Notes under the pieces: generated by a model | What the model was told of the DNA's origin: nothing | Database searches by the model: none | Seen by the model: only the letters and a program-made list of their open reading frames with translations | In this document: one piece after another, positions 25,895 to 35,318 of the stretch | Layout: every line of letters begins with the position of its first letter | How positions within the stretch are numbered: the stretch's first letter is position 1 | Assembly: GCA_035693125.1 (NCBI GenBank) | Contig: DASSHB010000134.1 | Location: forward strand, 11,758 to 75,757 | Origin: Candidatus Limnocylindrales bacterium | GTDB taxonomy: Bacteria > Chloroflexota > Limnocylindria > Limnocylindrales > CSP1-4 | DNA length: 64,000 bases | Reading direction: 5' to 3' | Position numbers and translations under genes: made by a program

Positions 25895-27523
25895 GTGGTG
25901 AGCAGCGCCCCTGAGCTCGACATCGACCAGGTCCGCGCCCCGGCCCTGGAGATGCGCGGGATCACGAAGCGCTATCCCGGCGTCGTCGCCAACGACCACA
26001 TCGACCTCGACGTCCGGCCGGGCGAGATCCACGCCCTGCTCGGCGAGAACGGCGCCGGCAAGACGACGCTGATGAACATCCTGTACGGGCTGGCCCGCCC
26101 GGACGAGGGCGAGATCCTGATCGACGGCTCGCCCGTCCGGATCGCCGATCCCACTGACGCGATCGCGCGCGGGATCAACATGGTCCACCAGCACTTCATG
26201 CTCGTGCCGGTGATGACCGTCGCCGAGAACATCCTCCTCGGCGAGGAGACGATGGCCAACCCGATCTTCCTGGACCAGCGCGAATCGAAGCGGCGGATCG
26301 TCGAGCTGGGTCAGCGGTTCGGGTTCGAGATCGACCCCGACGTGAAGGTCGGCGAGCTGTCCGTGGGCTGGCAGCAGCGGGTCGAGATCCTCAAGGCCCT
26401 CTACCGCAACGCCCGCGTCCTCGTGCTCGACGAGCCGACCGCCGTCCTCACCCCGCAGGAGACCGAGGAGATCTTCGCGGTCCTGCGCCGGCTCGCGGAG
26501 GCCGGCCACAGCATCGTCTTCATCAGCCACAAGCTCTACGAGGTGCTCGAGATCGCCGATCGGATCACGGTGATCCGGCGCGGCCGGGTCGTCGGCTCGC
26601 GGATCCCGTCGGAGACCGACGAGGACGATCTCGCGGCCCTGATGGTCGGGCGCGACGTCCAGCTCGTCGTCGACCGCGGCGAGTCGCATCCGGCGGAGGC
26701 GCGGCTCAAGGTCGAGGCGCTCCGCGTCCTCGACGACCGCGGCGCGGAGGCGGTCCGCGGCGTCGACTTCGAGGTCCGCTCGGGCGAGATCTTCGGGATC
26801 GCCGGCGTGGCCGGCAACGGCCAGGACGAGCTCGTGGAGGCGATCGTCGGGCTGCGCAAGCCGGCCGGCGGGACCGTCACCCTCGACGGCACCGATGTCA
26901 CCGATGCGAGCGCCCGACAGATGACGAACCTCGGGACCGGGTATGTCCCGGCCGACCGCCACCGGTTCGGCCTGGTGCTGGGCTTCTCGGTCGCCGACAA
27001 CCTCGTCCTCACCGACTACTACCACGCGCCCTACAGCCGCGGGATCCTGCGCAACGACGCCGCGATCGAGGAACGCGGCAATGCCGCGATCAAGGAATAC
27101 GACATCCGAACCCCCTCGGCCGACGTCACCGCCGGGACGCTGTCGGGCGGCAACCAGCAGAAGATCATCGTGGCCCGGGAGCTGGCCGGAGATCTGCGCC
27201 TGCTCGTCCTGGACCAGCCGACGCGTGGGCTCGACGTGGGCTCGATCGAGTTCATCCACCGCCAGGCGATCAAGCGGCGCGACGCCGGGACCGCGATCCT
27301 CCTCGTCTCGGCCGAGCTCGACGAGGTCCTCGAGCTGAGCGACCGGGTCGCCGTGATGTACCGCGGCCAGATCGTGGCGGTCATCGACGGCCGGACGGCC
27401 GATCGCAACGAGGTGGGGATCCTGATGGCCACGGGCATCCGCCAGGAGGCGGCCGTCGCGAGCGGCCAGATCTCGGCCGAGGAGGCGGCGGCGGCCGCGG
27501 CCGGGCCCGAGGCCGAGTCGTGA
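25895..27523 (+). CDS. ABC transporter ATP-binding protein (tandem ABC domains, sugar/nucleoside type)
   Basis: GENGAGKTT Walker A, and LSVGWQQR and LSGGNQQK signatures. GGGAGGAG lies upstream of the GTG. Confidence 0.9.
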   Translation: MVSSAPELDIDQVRAPALEMRGITKRYPGVVANDHIDLDVRPGEIHALLGENGAGKTTLMNILYGLARPDEGEILIDGSPVRIADPTDAIARGINMVHQHFMLVPVMTVAENILLGEETMANPIFLDQRESKRRIVELGQRFGFEIDPDVKVGELSVGWQQRVEILKALYRNARVLVLDEPTAVLTPQETEEIFAVLRRLAEAGHSIVFISHKLYEVLEIADRITVIRRGRVVGSRIPSETDEDDLAALMVGRDVQLVVDRGESHPAEARLKVEALRVLDDRGAEAVRGVDFEVRSGEIFGIAGVAGNGQDELVEAIVGLRKPAGGTVTLDGTDVTDASARQMTNLGTGYVPADRHRFGLVLGFSVADNLVLTDYYHAPYSRGILRNDAAIEERGNAAIKEYDIRTPSADVTAGTLSGGNQQKIIVARELAGDLRLLVLDQPTRGLDVGSIEFIHRQAIKRRDAGTAILLVSAELDEVLELSDRVAVMYRGQIVAVIDGRTADRNEVGILMATGIRQEAAVASGQISAEEAAAAAAGPEAES

Positions 27524-28686
27524 GCAGCCGGTTCCGCTTCCTGCGTCGAGCGGGACGCTCGGGTGCCCGCGGCGACTCCCTCCGGACGGCCGTGATCCTG
27601 CCCCTCGTGGCGCTGCTGATGGCGGTGATCATCGGTTCGATCTTCGTCTACGTGGCCGCCTGGATCCGGCCGCCGCACACGATCGACCTCGCCCAGCCCG
27701 TGACCGCGTACTGGGCGCTGATCTCCGGCTCGCTGTTGAGCGTCGATGCGATCGTCACGACCCTCGTCTTCACGTCGCCCCTGGTCCTCGCCGGTCTCGC
27801 CGTCGCGATCGGCTTCAAGGGCGGCCTGTTCAACATCGGCGTCCTGGGCCAGCTCCTGATGGGCGTCACCGCCTCGGTCGCGGTCGGAGTGGCCCTCGCC
27901 GATCAGCCGACCGTAATCGGGGCCACCCTGGCGTTCCTCGCGGGCACCCTCGCCGGCGCGGCGATGGGCTTCGTGCCGGGCTACCTGAAGGCGGCCACGG
28001 GCGCCCACGAGGTCGTCACGACGATCATGCTGAACTTCATCGCCGCGGACATCCTGGCGGCGTTCGTGGCCGGCCCGTTGCGGGTCCCGCGGGCGCCGGC
28101 GCCGGTCACGTTCGACGTCGGCCACTCGGCGCTGCCGATCGTGCTGGGCAAGACGGGCCACGTCGGGATCGTCATCTCGGTGATCGCGGTGATCGTGATC
28201 TGGTGGCTCCTCCAACGGACGACGCTGGGCTTCGAGATCCGGACGGCCGGCGTGAACCCCGACGCGGCCCGCTACGCCGGGATGCGGCCGCGCCGGCTGA
28301 TCGCGCTGACGATGGCGATCTCGGGTGGGCTGGCAGGCATGGCCGGCGCCGGAGAGCTGCTCGGCGTGCTCCACAAGACCCAGACGAGCTACGCGACGAA
28401 CGTCGGGTTCGACGGGATCGCCGTGGCCCTGCTGGCCCGCTCCAACCCGCTCGCGGTGATCCCCGCGGCGCTCCTGTTCGGCGCGATGCGCGCCGGTGCC
28501 GGCCCGATGCAGGTGATCGCCAAGACGCCGCGCGAGCTCGTCGACGTCCTCCAGGGCGTGATCCTGATCGTCCTGGTCGCGCTGCCGGTCATCGCCCGGG
28601 CGTTCGGCGGCCGCGGCGCGAAGACGATCCCGGCCGAGGCGCAGACGATCACGGCGACCTACGCCGGCGAGACGGTGCAACCCTGA
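27520..28686 (+). CDS. ABC transporter permease (BMP/nucleoside system)
   Basis: Multi-TM protein. The GTG overlaps the ATPase stop (GTGA). Same operon. Confidence 0.85.
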   Translation: MSSRFRFLRRAGRSGARGDSLRTAVILPLVALLMAVIIGSIFVYVAAWIRPPHTIDLAQPVTAYWALISGSLLSVDAIVTTLVFTSPLVLAGLAVAIGFKGGLFNIGVLGQLLMGVTASVAVGVALADQPTVIGATLAFLAGTLAGAAMGFVPGYLKAATGAHEVVTTIMLNFIAADILAAFVAGPLRVPRAPAPVTFDVGHSALPIVLGKTGHVGIVISVIAVIVIWWLLQRTTLGFEIRTAGVNPDAARYAGMRPRRLIALTMAISGGLAGMAGAGELLGVLHKTQTSYATNVGFDGIAVALLARSNPLAVIPAALLFGAMRAGAGPMQVIAKTPRELVDVLQGVILIVLVALPVIARAFGGRGAKTIPAEAQTITATYAGETVQP

Positions 28687-29756
28687 TGGACATCTACACG
28701 ATCCCCGTCCTCGGGATCATCGTCCAGTTCGTCGGCTATCTCGTCGAGCACATCCCGCTCGCCGGGCCGGGCATCGTCGCCGTCGCGACGCCGCTCGGGT
28801 TCGGGGCGCTGTGCGGCGTCATCTGCGAGCGATCCGGCGTCGTCAACATCGGGATCGAAGGGACGATGCTGACCGCCGCGTTCACGGGCTGGATCGCCGC
28901 GATCGCGGCGGTGGCGCTGCTCGGTCCGCAGACGCCCGGCCCGCTCGGGATCACGCCGGCCCTCCTGATCGGCCTCCTCGCGGCCCTGCTCTCGGCCGTC
29001 GGGATCTCGTTGCTCCACGCCTGGCTGTCGATCAGCCTTCGGGTCGACCAGATCATCAGCGGCACGATCATCAACATCATCGCCTTCGGCGTGACCGGCT
29101 ACCTGAACAACGTGATCGCGAGCCAGTCGCCGACGAGCGCGGGCACCTTCGAGAAGCTCAGCCTGCCCGAGTCCATCGCGAACGTGCCGGTCATCGGCTG
29201 GGTCCTGGCGAGCATCGTCGACCAGGGCCCGATCACGCTCAGCCTCTTCGTCTGCGTCATCGCGCTGCACTTCCTGCTGTTCCGCTCGCGCTGGGGGCTG
29301 CGGACCCGGGCCGTCGGCGAGCATCCCAAGGCCGCGGAGACGGTCGGGATCGACGTGATCCGGCTGCGCTACCGGAACGTCCTGATCGCGGGCGTCTTCG
29401 CCGGGCTGGGCGGGGCCTGGCTGTCGATGGAGGTGACGGGCTCCTTCCAGGCGGGGATGACGATCGGTCGTGGGTTCATCGCCCTCGCCGCGATGATCGT
29501 CGGCCGCTGGACGCCGGTCGGCGCCTACGGGGCGGCCCTGTTCTTCGCCGCCTTCACCGTTCTGGGCGACCTGATGGGCCCGAACGGGATCGCGCCGCCC
29601 ACCGGTGACCTGGGCGGCCTCGTCCATGCGATCCCATCCCAGGCGTTCAGCGCCCTGCCGTACGTGGCCACGATCATCGTCCTCGCCGGGCTGATCGGCC
29701 GGAGCACCCCGCCCGCCGCGGACGGCCGGCCGTACGAGCGCGAGGCGACGACCTAG
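28686..29756 (+). CDS. ABC transporter permease (BMP/nucleoside system, second subunit)
   Basis: Begins MDIYTIPVLGIIVQFVGYLVEH and is multi-TM. The ATG overlaps the previous stop by 1 nt. The N-terminal 161 aa of the track ORF are rejected. Confidence 0.85.
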   Translation: MDIYTIPVLGIIVQFVGYLVEHIPLAGPGIVAVATPLGFGALCGVICERSGVVNIGIEGTMLTAAFTGWIAAIAAVALLGPQTPGPLGITPALLIGLLAALLSAVGISLLHAWLSISLRVDQIISGTIINIIAFGVTGYLNNVIASQSPTSAGTFEKLSLPESIANVPVIGWVLASIVDQGPITLSLFVCVIALHFLLFRSRWGLRTRAVGEHPKAAETVGIDVIRLRYRNVLIAGVFAGLGGAWLSMEVTGSFQAGMTIGRGFIALAAMIVGRWTPVGAYGAALFFAAFTVLGDLMGPNGIAPPTGDLGGLVHAIPSQAFSALPYVATIIVLAGLIGRSTPPAADGRPYEREATT

Positions 29757-29759
29757 CTC

Positions 29760-30770
29760 GTGACCTCGGAGCCCCGTCCGGGCGACGGCGAACGCGCCGC
29801 CGCGCTCGCTGCGCTCCCCGGTGCTCCCGCGGCCGGTGAGCGCCGGGCCGTCATCCTGGACTGCGATCCGGGCCACGACGACGCGCTCGCGATCGCGCTC
29901 GCCTGCGCCTCGCCCGGGCTCGACGTCCTGGGCGTCACGACGGTCGCCGGCAACGCACCGCTGGAGCTGACGACGCGCAACGCGCGGCGCGTCCTGGCCC
30001 TGCTCGGCCGCGAGGACGTGCCCGTGGCGGCCGGAGCGGACCGACCACTGGTTCGGGAGCCGTGGACCCCGAGCCACGTCCACGGCGCGTCCGGCCTGGA
30101 TGGCGCGGACCTTCCCGAGCCTGCCGTCGCCCTTCGGCCCGAGGCGGCGATCGAGCTCCAGGTCGCGCTGATCCTGGGCGCGCCGGCGCCGGTGACCCTC
30201 GTCCCGACGGGGCCGCTCACGAACATCGCCCTGCTCTTGCGGGCGTTCCCGGCGATCCACGCGCGGATCGCGGCGATCTCGCTGATGGGCGGCGCACTGG
30301 GCGTCGGGAACACGACGGCGAGCGCCGAGTTCAACATCTGGCACGACCCCGAGGCCGCGGCGATCGTGTTCGAATCCGGGATCCCGATCCTGATGGCGGG
30401 CCTCGACATCACGCATCAGGCGCTCGTCCTGCCCGAGGACGTCGAGCGGCTCGCGGCGCTCGGGACCCGGACGGGGCGCGTCTTCGCCGACCTGATGCGG
30501 TTCTTCGGGCGGCATCACGCGGAGCGGTACGGCTGGGCCGGGCCGCCCGTCCACGATGCGGTGGCGGTCGCCGTCCTCGTCGCGCCGTGGCTGATCGAGC
30601 GGCGCTCGCTGTTCGTGGCGGTCGAGACCGGCGATGGCCTGACCCGCGGCCGGACGGTCGGCGACGAGCGCGGGGTGGCCGGCCGGGCACCGAACGCGGA
30701 GGTCCTCGTGGCCCTCGACCGGCCGGCGTTCATCGACCTCGTGATCGAGGCCGTGAGCCGCTTCGCGTAG
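29760..30770 (+). CDS. Inosine/uridine-preferring nucleoside hydrolase family protein
   Basis: N-terminal aspartate cluster ILDCDPGHDDALAI and downstream EFNIWHDPEAA motif. Confidence 0.85.
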   Translation: MTSEPRPGDGERAAALAALPGAPAAGERRAVILDCDPGHDDALAIALACASPGLDVLGVTTVAGNAPLELTTRNARRVLALLGREDVPVAAGADRPLVREPWTPSHVHGASGLDGADLPEPAVALRPEAAIELQVALILGAPAPVTLVPTGPLTNIALLLRAFPAIHARIAAISLMGGALGVGNTTASAEFNIWHDPEAAAIVFESGIPILMAGLDITHQALVLPEDVERLAALGTRTGRVFADLMRFFGRHHAERYGWAGPPVHDAVAVAVLVAPWLIERRSLFVAVETGDGLTRGRTVGDERGVAGRAPNAEVLVALDRPAFIDLVIEAVSRFA

Positions 30771-30780
30771 GATCGGCCCG

Positions 30781-32028
30781 ATGGCGACGACGACGCGCAC
30801 CGCCGGTGGACCGACGCCGGCCGAGCTCGGCTACGACCCGTGGAGCGCGGCGTTCGTCGCGGACCCCTATCCGGCGCTCGGTCGGCTCCGCGACGAGGCT
30901 CCGGTCGTCTTCGACGAGCGGACCAGCCAGTGGCTCGTCTCGCGTCATGCCGACGTCAACGCGGCGCTGCGCGACCGGCGGCTGGGTCGCCGCTACACGC
31001 ACGTGGCCTCCCACGCGGAGTGGGGCCGGACGCCGCCACCTCTCGACCAGGCCGCGTTCTGGGACCTCCTCGACGTCCAGCTGATCGACATGGAACCGCC
31101 GGACCACACACGGCTCCGGCGGCTCGTGACGAAGGCGTTCACCCCCCGGACCGTCGAGGCCCTCCGGCCGCGGATCGAGGACATCGTCGGGATCGTCGTC
31201 GACCACGCCCGCGCGCTCGGCGACTTCGACCTGATCGCCGACCTTCTCGAGCTCGTGCCGGTCACCGTGATCGCCGAGCTGCTGGGGATCCCGGAATCCG
31301 ACCGTCACCTGCTCCGGCCGTGGTCGGCCGACATGACCCTGATGTTCGAGCTGAACCCGTCACCCGAGATGCAGCGCCGGGCAACCGAGGCGAGCGCGGC
31401 CTTCGAGGCCTATCTCCGCGACCTGGTCCGGGCCCGCCGGCGGAACCCCGCCGACGACCTGATCTCCGAGCTGAACGCCGTCCTGGAGGCGGACGGCGAC
31501 CGGCTCACCGAGGACGAGCTGATCGGGACCGCGGTCCTCCTGCTGAACGCCGGCCACGAGGCATCGGTCAACGGCGCCGCGAACTCGTGGTGGGCCCTGT
31601 TCCGGCATCCCGATCGACTCGCGGCGCTCCGTGCCGATCCGTCCCTCGTGCCGACCGCGATCGAGGAGCTCCTCCGGTTCGACACGCCGGCGCCCATGTT
31701 CGAGCGCTGGGTCCTCGAGGACGTCGAGATCGGCGGCGTGGCGATCCCGCGCGGCCAGGAGCTCGCGCTCCAGTTCGCGGCCGCGAACCGCGACCCACGC
31801 GTCTTCGACCGCGCGGACGAGATCGTCCTCGACCGTTCGCCCAACGCCTACCTGTCGTTCGGAGCGGGAATCCACTACTGCCTGGGCGCGCCACTCGCCA
31901 AGGTCGAGTTCGACATCCTCTTCCGGCGGATGCTCACCGACCTGCCGACCCTCGAGCTCCGGCGTGAGCCGCAGTGGAAGCCACGGTTCATCCTGCGCGG
32001 CCTCGACGCGCTGGCGGTGTCCGTGTGA
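30781..32028 (+). CDS. Cytochrome P450
   Basis: Heme-binding loop FGAGIHYCLGAPLA, ExxR (EELLRF) and I-helix LLLNAGHEASV. Confidence 0.9.
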   Translation: MATTTRTAGGPTPAELGYDPWSAAFVADPYPALGRLRDEAPVVFDERTSQWLVSRHADVNAALRDRRLGRRYTHVASHAEWGRTPPPLDQAAFWDLLDVQLIDMEPPDHTRLRRLVTKAFTPRTVEALRPRIEDIVGIVVDHARALGDFDLIADLLELVPVTVIAELLGIPESDRHLLRPWSADMTLMFELNPSPEMQRRATEASAAFEAYLRDLVRARRRNPADDLISELNAVLEADGDRLTEDELIGTAVLLLNAGHEASVNGAANSWWALFRHPDRLAALRADPSLVPTAIEELLRFDTPAPMFERWVLEDVEIGGVAIPRGQELALQFAAANRDPRVFDRADEIVLDRSPNAYLSFGAGIHYCLGAPLAKVEFDILFRRMLTDLPTLELRREPQWKPRFILRGLDALAVSV

Positions 32029-32540
32029 GCGACGATGCGGCCGAGCTGGCCGCCCGCCGCCGCGCCGAACGCGCCCGGGCGATCGCCTACCTCGACCTGG
32101 AGGAAGGTCGCGGGCCCGTCCCACTCGTGGCGGATGAGGACCTCGGCGATCTGCTGCGGGCCACGCGCCGGATCGCGCTGGTCGGCGCCTCCTCGAACGA
32201 GTCGCGTCCCTCGTTCGGCGTGTTCCGCTACCTCGTCCACCAGGGCTACGAATGCGTCCCGGTCAACCCGGGTGAGCGCTCGGTCCTTGGGGTGCCGGCG
32301 TTCCGGACGCTGCGCGAGGCGGCCGACGCCACCGGCCCGTTCGATCTCGTCGATGTCTTCCGCCGTTCCGAGCTGTGCGTGCCGCACGCCCGGGAGGCGG
32401 TCGACATCGGCGCCCGGTGGCTCTGGCTCCAGCTCGGCGTCGTCAACTGGGAGGCGGCTCGGATCGCCCACGATGGCGGTCTCGGGGTGGTGATGGATCG
32501 ATGCACCGCGATCGAGCACCGGCGGATCCGCGACCGCTGA
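32025..32540 (+). CDS. CoA-binding domain protein (YccU-like)
   Basis: RIALVGASSNESRPSFGVFRYLVHQGYECVPVNP is typical of the CoA_binding_2 fold. The GTG at 32025 overlaps the P450 stop (GTGA). Confidence 0.75.
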   Translation: MSDDAAELAARRRAERARAIAYLDLEEGRGPVPLVADEDLGDLLRATRRIALVGASSNESRPSFGVFRYLVHQGYECVPVNPGERSVLGVPAFRTLREAADATGPFDLVDVFRRSELCVPHAREAVDIGARWLWLQLGVVNWEAARIAHDGGLGVVMDRCTAIEHRRIRDR

Positions 32541-32699
32541 GGCAACCGGAGCGGGGTCGGAGGCGTCTCGCGGCCATGCCACGAACGATCGCTCGCGCGG
32601 CTGATCCCTGGCCGCGATGACCGGATGCGACGCATCCGAGGGGGCCCACCTCCGGATCGACCTCTCGACCACCGACTGCGATTGCCGGCTCGTGTCGGA

Positions 32700-33236
32700 A
32701 TGAACGGGCGAGCGATCTGCCGGCTGGGCGCGGTGGCCGCGATGACGCTCCTCGTCGCGTGCTCCTCGCACGTCTCTCCATCGACGCCGGGCGTGCCGTC
32801 CCCGGACGGATCGGGAACGGTCATCGTGGAGCTCGAGATCGCGCCCGAGGCGTCGCAGTTCTTCGCGTCGGAGCACCACGCGCGCCTGGTGACGTCGGAT
32901 GCGACGATCGAAAAGGATTGGCAGATCACGGGAGCCGTGGTGCCCGTCTCCGCGCCACCCGGGTTCTACCGGCTGCAGGCCTTCACGGCCTTCCTGAGCG
33001 ACTTCATCGAGTGTGCGCCGGACCCCGCGGCGGCGGGCGCCACCACCTGTGCGCAGCCGACCCTCGGCCCGGCGCAGGTCTGCGCGATCCCGATCGAGAT
33101 CGTCGATGGCGGCACGATCCGGGCGCGCTTCCGGTCGTTGCCCGAAGGGCGCTGTGAGCTCGTGGGTGTCGCGGAACCCGCCGAGCGCACGACCGGGCCC
33201 TCGAACGCCGCGGAACGTCGGCAACGTTCTACCTGA
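32700..33236 (+). CDS. Hypothetical lipoprotein
   Basis: Signal peptide plus lipobox MNGRAICRLGAVAAMTLLVAC. Four further Cys residues. I recognise no family. Confidence 0.5.
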   Translation: MNGRAICRLGAVAAMTLLVACSSHVSPSTPGVPSPDGSGTVIVELEIAPEASQFFASEHHARLVTSDATIEKDWQITGAVVPVSAPPGFYRLQAFTAFLSDFIECAPDPAAAGATTCAQPTLGPAQVCAIPIEIVDGGTIRARFRSLPEGRCELVGVAEPAERTTGPSNAAERRQRST

Positions 33237-33330
33237 GCGCAACGGGTTACCCACGGGGATCAGCTGTTCGTCGACCTGGCGGCCGATGGTCCGGCCTGCC
33301 ACGCCCCCAAGGGCTGAGCGTGGGGCGGGG

Positions 33331-33603
33331 CTACTTGATCAGGAAGGCCGCCACGATCAGGACGATCCCGACCAGGCCGATCGCGCCGGCCGTCTGCGCC
33401 TGACGGCGCAGGATCGCCATCGCGACGGACGCCCCCGTCGTCGAGTCGTCACGGATCCCGCCGCGCCAGGCGTTGTAGCGCGCGGCGTTCGCGTCCTGCT
33501 CCTTGAGCGCCTGGTAGCGCGCCCACGGCCCCTTGGCGCGCTGGTAGCCCAAGGCGAGCAGGACGATCCCCCCAATCCACAGGACGATGTTGACGATCCC
33601 CAT
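33331..33603 (-). CDS. Small two-TM membrane protein (90 aa)
   Basis: Hydrophobic helices sit at both ends (IVNIVLWIGGIVLLALGY and AIGLVGIVLIVAAFLI). The ATG overlaps the gatB stop by 1 nt (TGATG). Confidence 0.45.
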   Translation of the reverse strand: MGIVNIVLWIGGIVLLALGYQRAKGPWARYQALKEQDANAARYNAWRGGIRDDSTTGASVAMAILRRQAQTAGAIGLVGIVLIVAAFLIK

Positions 33604-35096
33604 CAGCCGCTGCTCCCGCTGTCTTCGAGCCGCTCGCGGACGGCCTCCCCCACGACCGAGGCGTTGGCCTGGCCGCGCGTCGCCTTCATCACCTGGCCCA
33701 CGAAGAAGCCGAGGACGGGCTTGCCGGCCCGGAAGTCGTCGACGGCCTTCGGGTTGGCGGCGATGACCTCGTCGACGACCGAGCCGAGCGCCGACAGGTC
33801 CGAGATCTGGCGAAGCCCGCGCGTCTCGACGATCGCGGCCACGGCGGTGCCGTCGGCGGCGTGAGCGGCGAAGACCTCCTTGGCGTTGGTCCCGGAGAGC
33901 TCACCGCGGGTCACCCGCCCGACGAGGTCTGCGAGCTCCGCGGGGTCGACCCGCTCGGCCGCCTCCGGCTCGGTGTTGAGGAGGGCCAGGAAGGCACCCG
34001 TGACCCAGTTCGCGACCGCCTTCGGGTCCAGGTCCGGCGCCGTCCGGCGAGCGGCCTCGAACAAGGTGGTGGCCCTCGGCTCGGCGACGATCACCGCGGC
34101 GTCGTAGGCCGACAGACCGAGCTCCGACTCGTAGCGGGCGCGGCGAGCAGCCGGCAGCTCCGGGAGACCGCCGAGGATGCCCGCAAGCCACGCCGCGTCG
34201 ACCCGGAGCGGAGGCAGGTCGGGCTCCGGGAAGTAGCGGTAGTCGTGGCTGTCCTCCTTGGACCGCATCACGTACGTCGTCCCGCGTTCCTCGTTCCAGC
34301 CGCGGGTGTCCTGGGTCAGCGTCTCGCCGGCGTCGAGCGCGGCCGCCTGGCGCTCGATCTCGAACGCGACCGCCCGCTCGACCGAGCGGAACGAGTTCAT
34401 GTTCTTGACCTCGACCCGGGTCCCGAAGGCCTCGCGGCCGCGGGGCCGGAGCGAGACGTTCGCCTCGACCCGCATCTGGCCCCGATCCATGTCGGCGTCG
34501 CTCGCGCCGATCGCCCGGAGGAGCGCCTGGAGCTCCTCGGCGTAGCGCCGGGCCGCCTCGGCCGAGCGGACGTCCGGATCGGTGACGATCTCCATCAGCG
34601 GCGCTCCGGACCGGTTGAAGTCGACGAGGCTGACGCGGCGGCCGGCTTCGTCCGTGCCGTGGATGAGCTTCGCCGTGTCCTCCTCGAGATGGGCCCGGGT
34701 GATCCCGATCGTGACCTCGCCCTCGGAGGTCTGGAAGCTCAGCCGGCCATGGGCCGCGAGTGGCAGGTCGTACTGGCTGATCTGGTAGCCCTTCGGAAGA
34801 TCCGGGTAGAAGTAGTTCTTGCGGTCCCAGCGGGTCGCGGCGGGTGTCGTCGCGCCGATCGCCGCCCCCGCGGCGAGGACCAGCTCGACGGCCCGGCGGT
34901 TGATCACGGGAAGCGCGCCCGGCAAGCCGAGGCAGACCGGGCAGACATGGGTGTTCGGCGGATCGTCGGCGTAGGTGTTCGAGCAGCCGCAGAACATCTT
35001 CGAGGCCGTCTTCAGCTGGCAGTGGACCTCGATCCCGATGACCGCCTCATAGCGCTCGAGGGCGGGCGAGCTGGCGGCTCCGGTCGTGACGGCCAT
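33603..35096 (-). CDS. gatB: Asp/Glu-tRNA amidotransferase subunit B
   Basis: YEAVIGIEVHCQLKTASKMFCGC...CPVCLGLPGALPV, with full-length GatB similarity. Confidence 0.95.
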   Translation of the reverse strand: MAVTTGAASSPALERYEAVIGIEVHCQLKTASKMFCGCSNTYADDPPNTHVCPVCLGLPGALPVINRRAVELVLAAGAAIGATTPAATRWDRKNYFYPDLPKGYQISQYDLPLAAHGRLSFQTSEGEVTIGITRAHLEEDTAKLIHGTDEAGRRVSLVDFNRSGAPLMEIVTDPDVRSAEAARRYAEELQALLRAIGASDADMDRGQMRVEANVSLRPRGREAFGTRVEVKNMNSFRSVERAVAFEIERQAAALDAGETLTQDTRGWNEERGTTYVMRSKEDSHDYRYFPEPDLPPLRVDAAWLAGILGGLPELPAARRARYESELGLSAYDAAVIVAEPRATTLFEAARRTAPDLDPKAVANWVTGAFLALLNTEPEAAERVDPAELADLVGRVTRGELSGTNAKEVFAAHAADGTAVAAIVETRGLRQISDLSALGSVVDEVIAANPKAVDDFRAGKPVLGFFVGQVMKATRGQANASVVGEAVRERLEDSGSSG

Positions 35097-35237
35097 GACG
35101 GGAGTTTCGCACAGGCGGCGGCTGGGTCACGCGGTTGGACTGCGGCCCGCTGGCGCCCGGGATTCCGTGGATCACCTGATCGCGATGGCGTTGGCCAGCG
35201 CACCGGAGATCGGGCCAGGCGACACGCTCGTCGGCGT

Positions 35238-35249
35238 GAGAGCGCTCTC
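35238..35249. promoter_or_regulatory. LacI-type operator O1 (GAGAGCGCTCTC), abutting a TTGACA hexamer at 35250-35255
   Basis: Perfect 12-bp palindrome with a central CG. It lies immediately 5' of a perfect -35-like TTGACA. Confidence 0.5.
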
Positions 35250-35280
35250 TTGACATAGCGTGCTACGGTGCGCATTGAGC

Positions 35281-35296
35281 GTGAGAGCGCTCTCAC
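35281..35296. promoter_or_regulatory. LacI-type operator O2 (GTGAGAGCGCTCTCAC)
   Basis: Perfect 16-bp palindrome with the same core as O1. Centre-to-centre distance is ~45 bp. Confidence 0.55.
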
Positions 35297-35318
35297 AATC
35301 CGTCGGAGGAGATCCGGA

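Noticed and set aside
35250-35279. A complete sigma-70 promoter at lacI (TTGACA plus a -10 element).
   Set aside because: The -35-like TTGACA is perfect. However, the hexamers 16-18 nt downstream (GCATTG, CATTGA, ATTGAG) do not fit TANNNT. Only the operators and the -35-like hexamer are reported.
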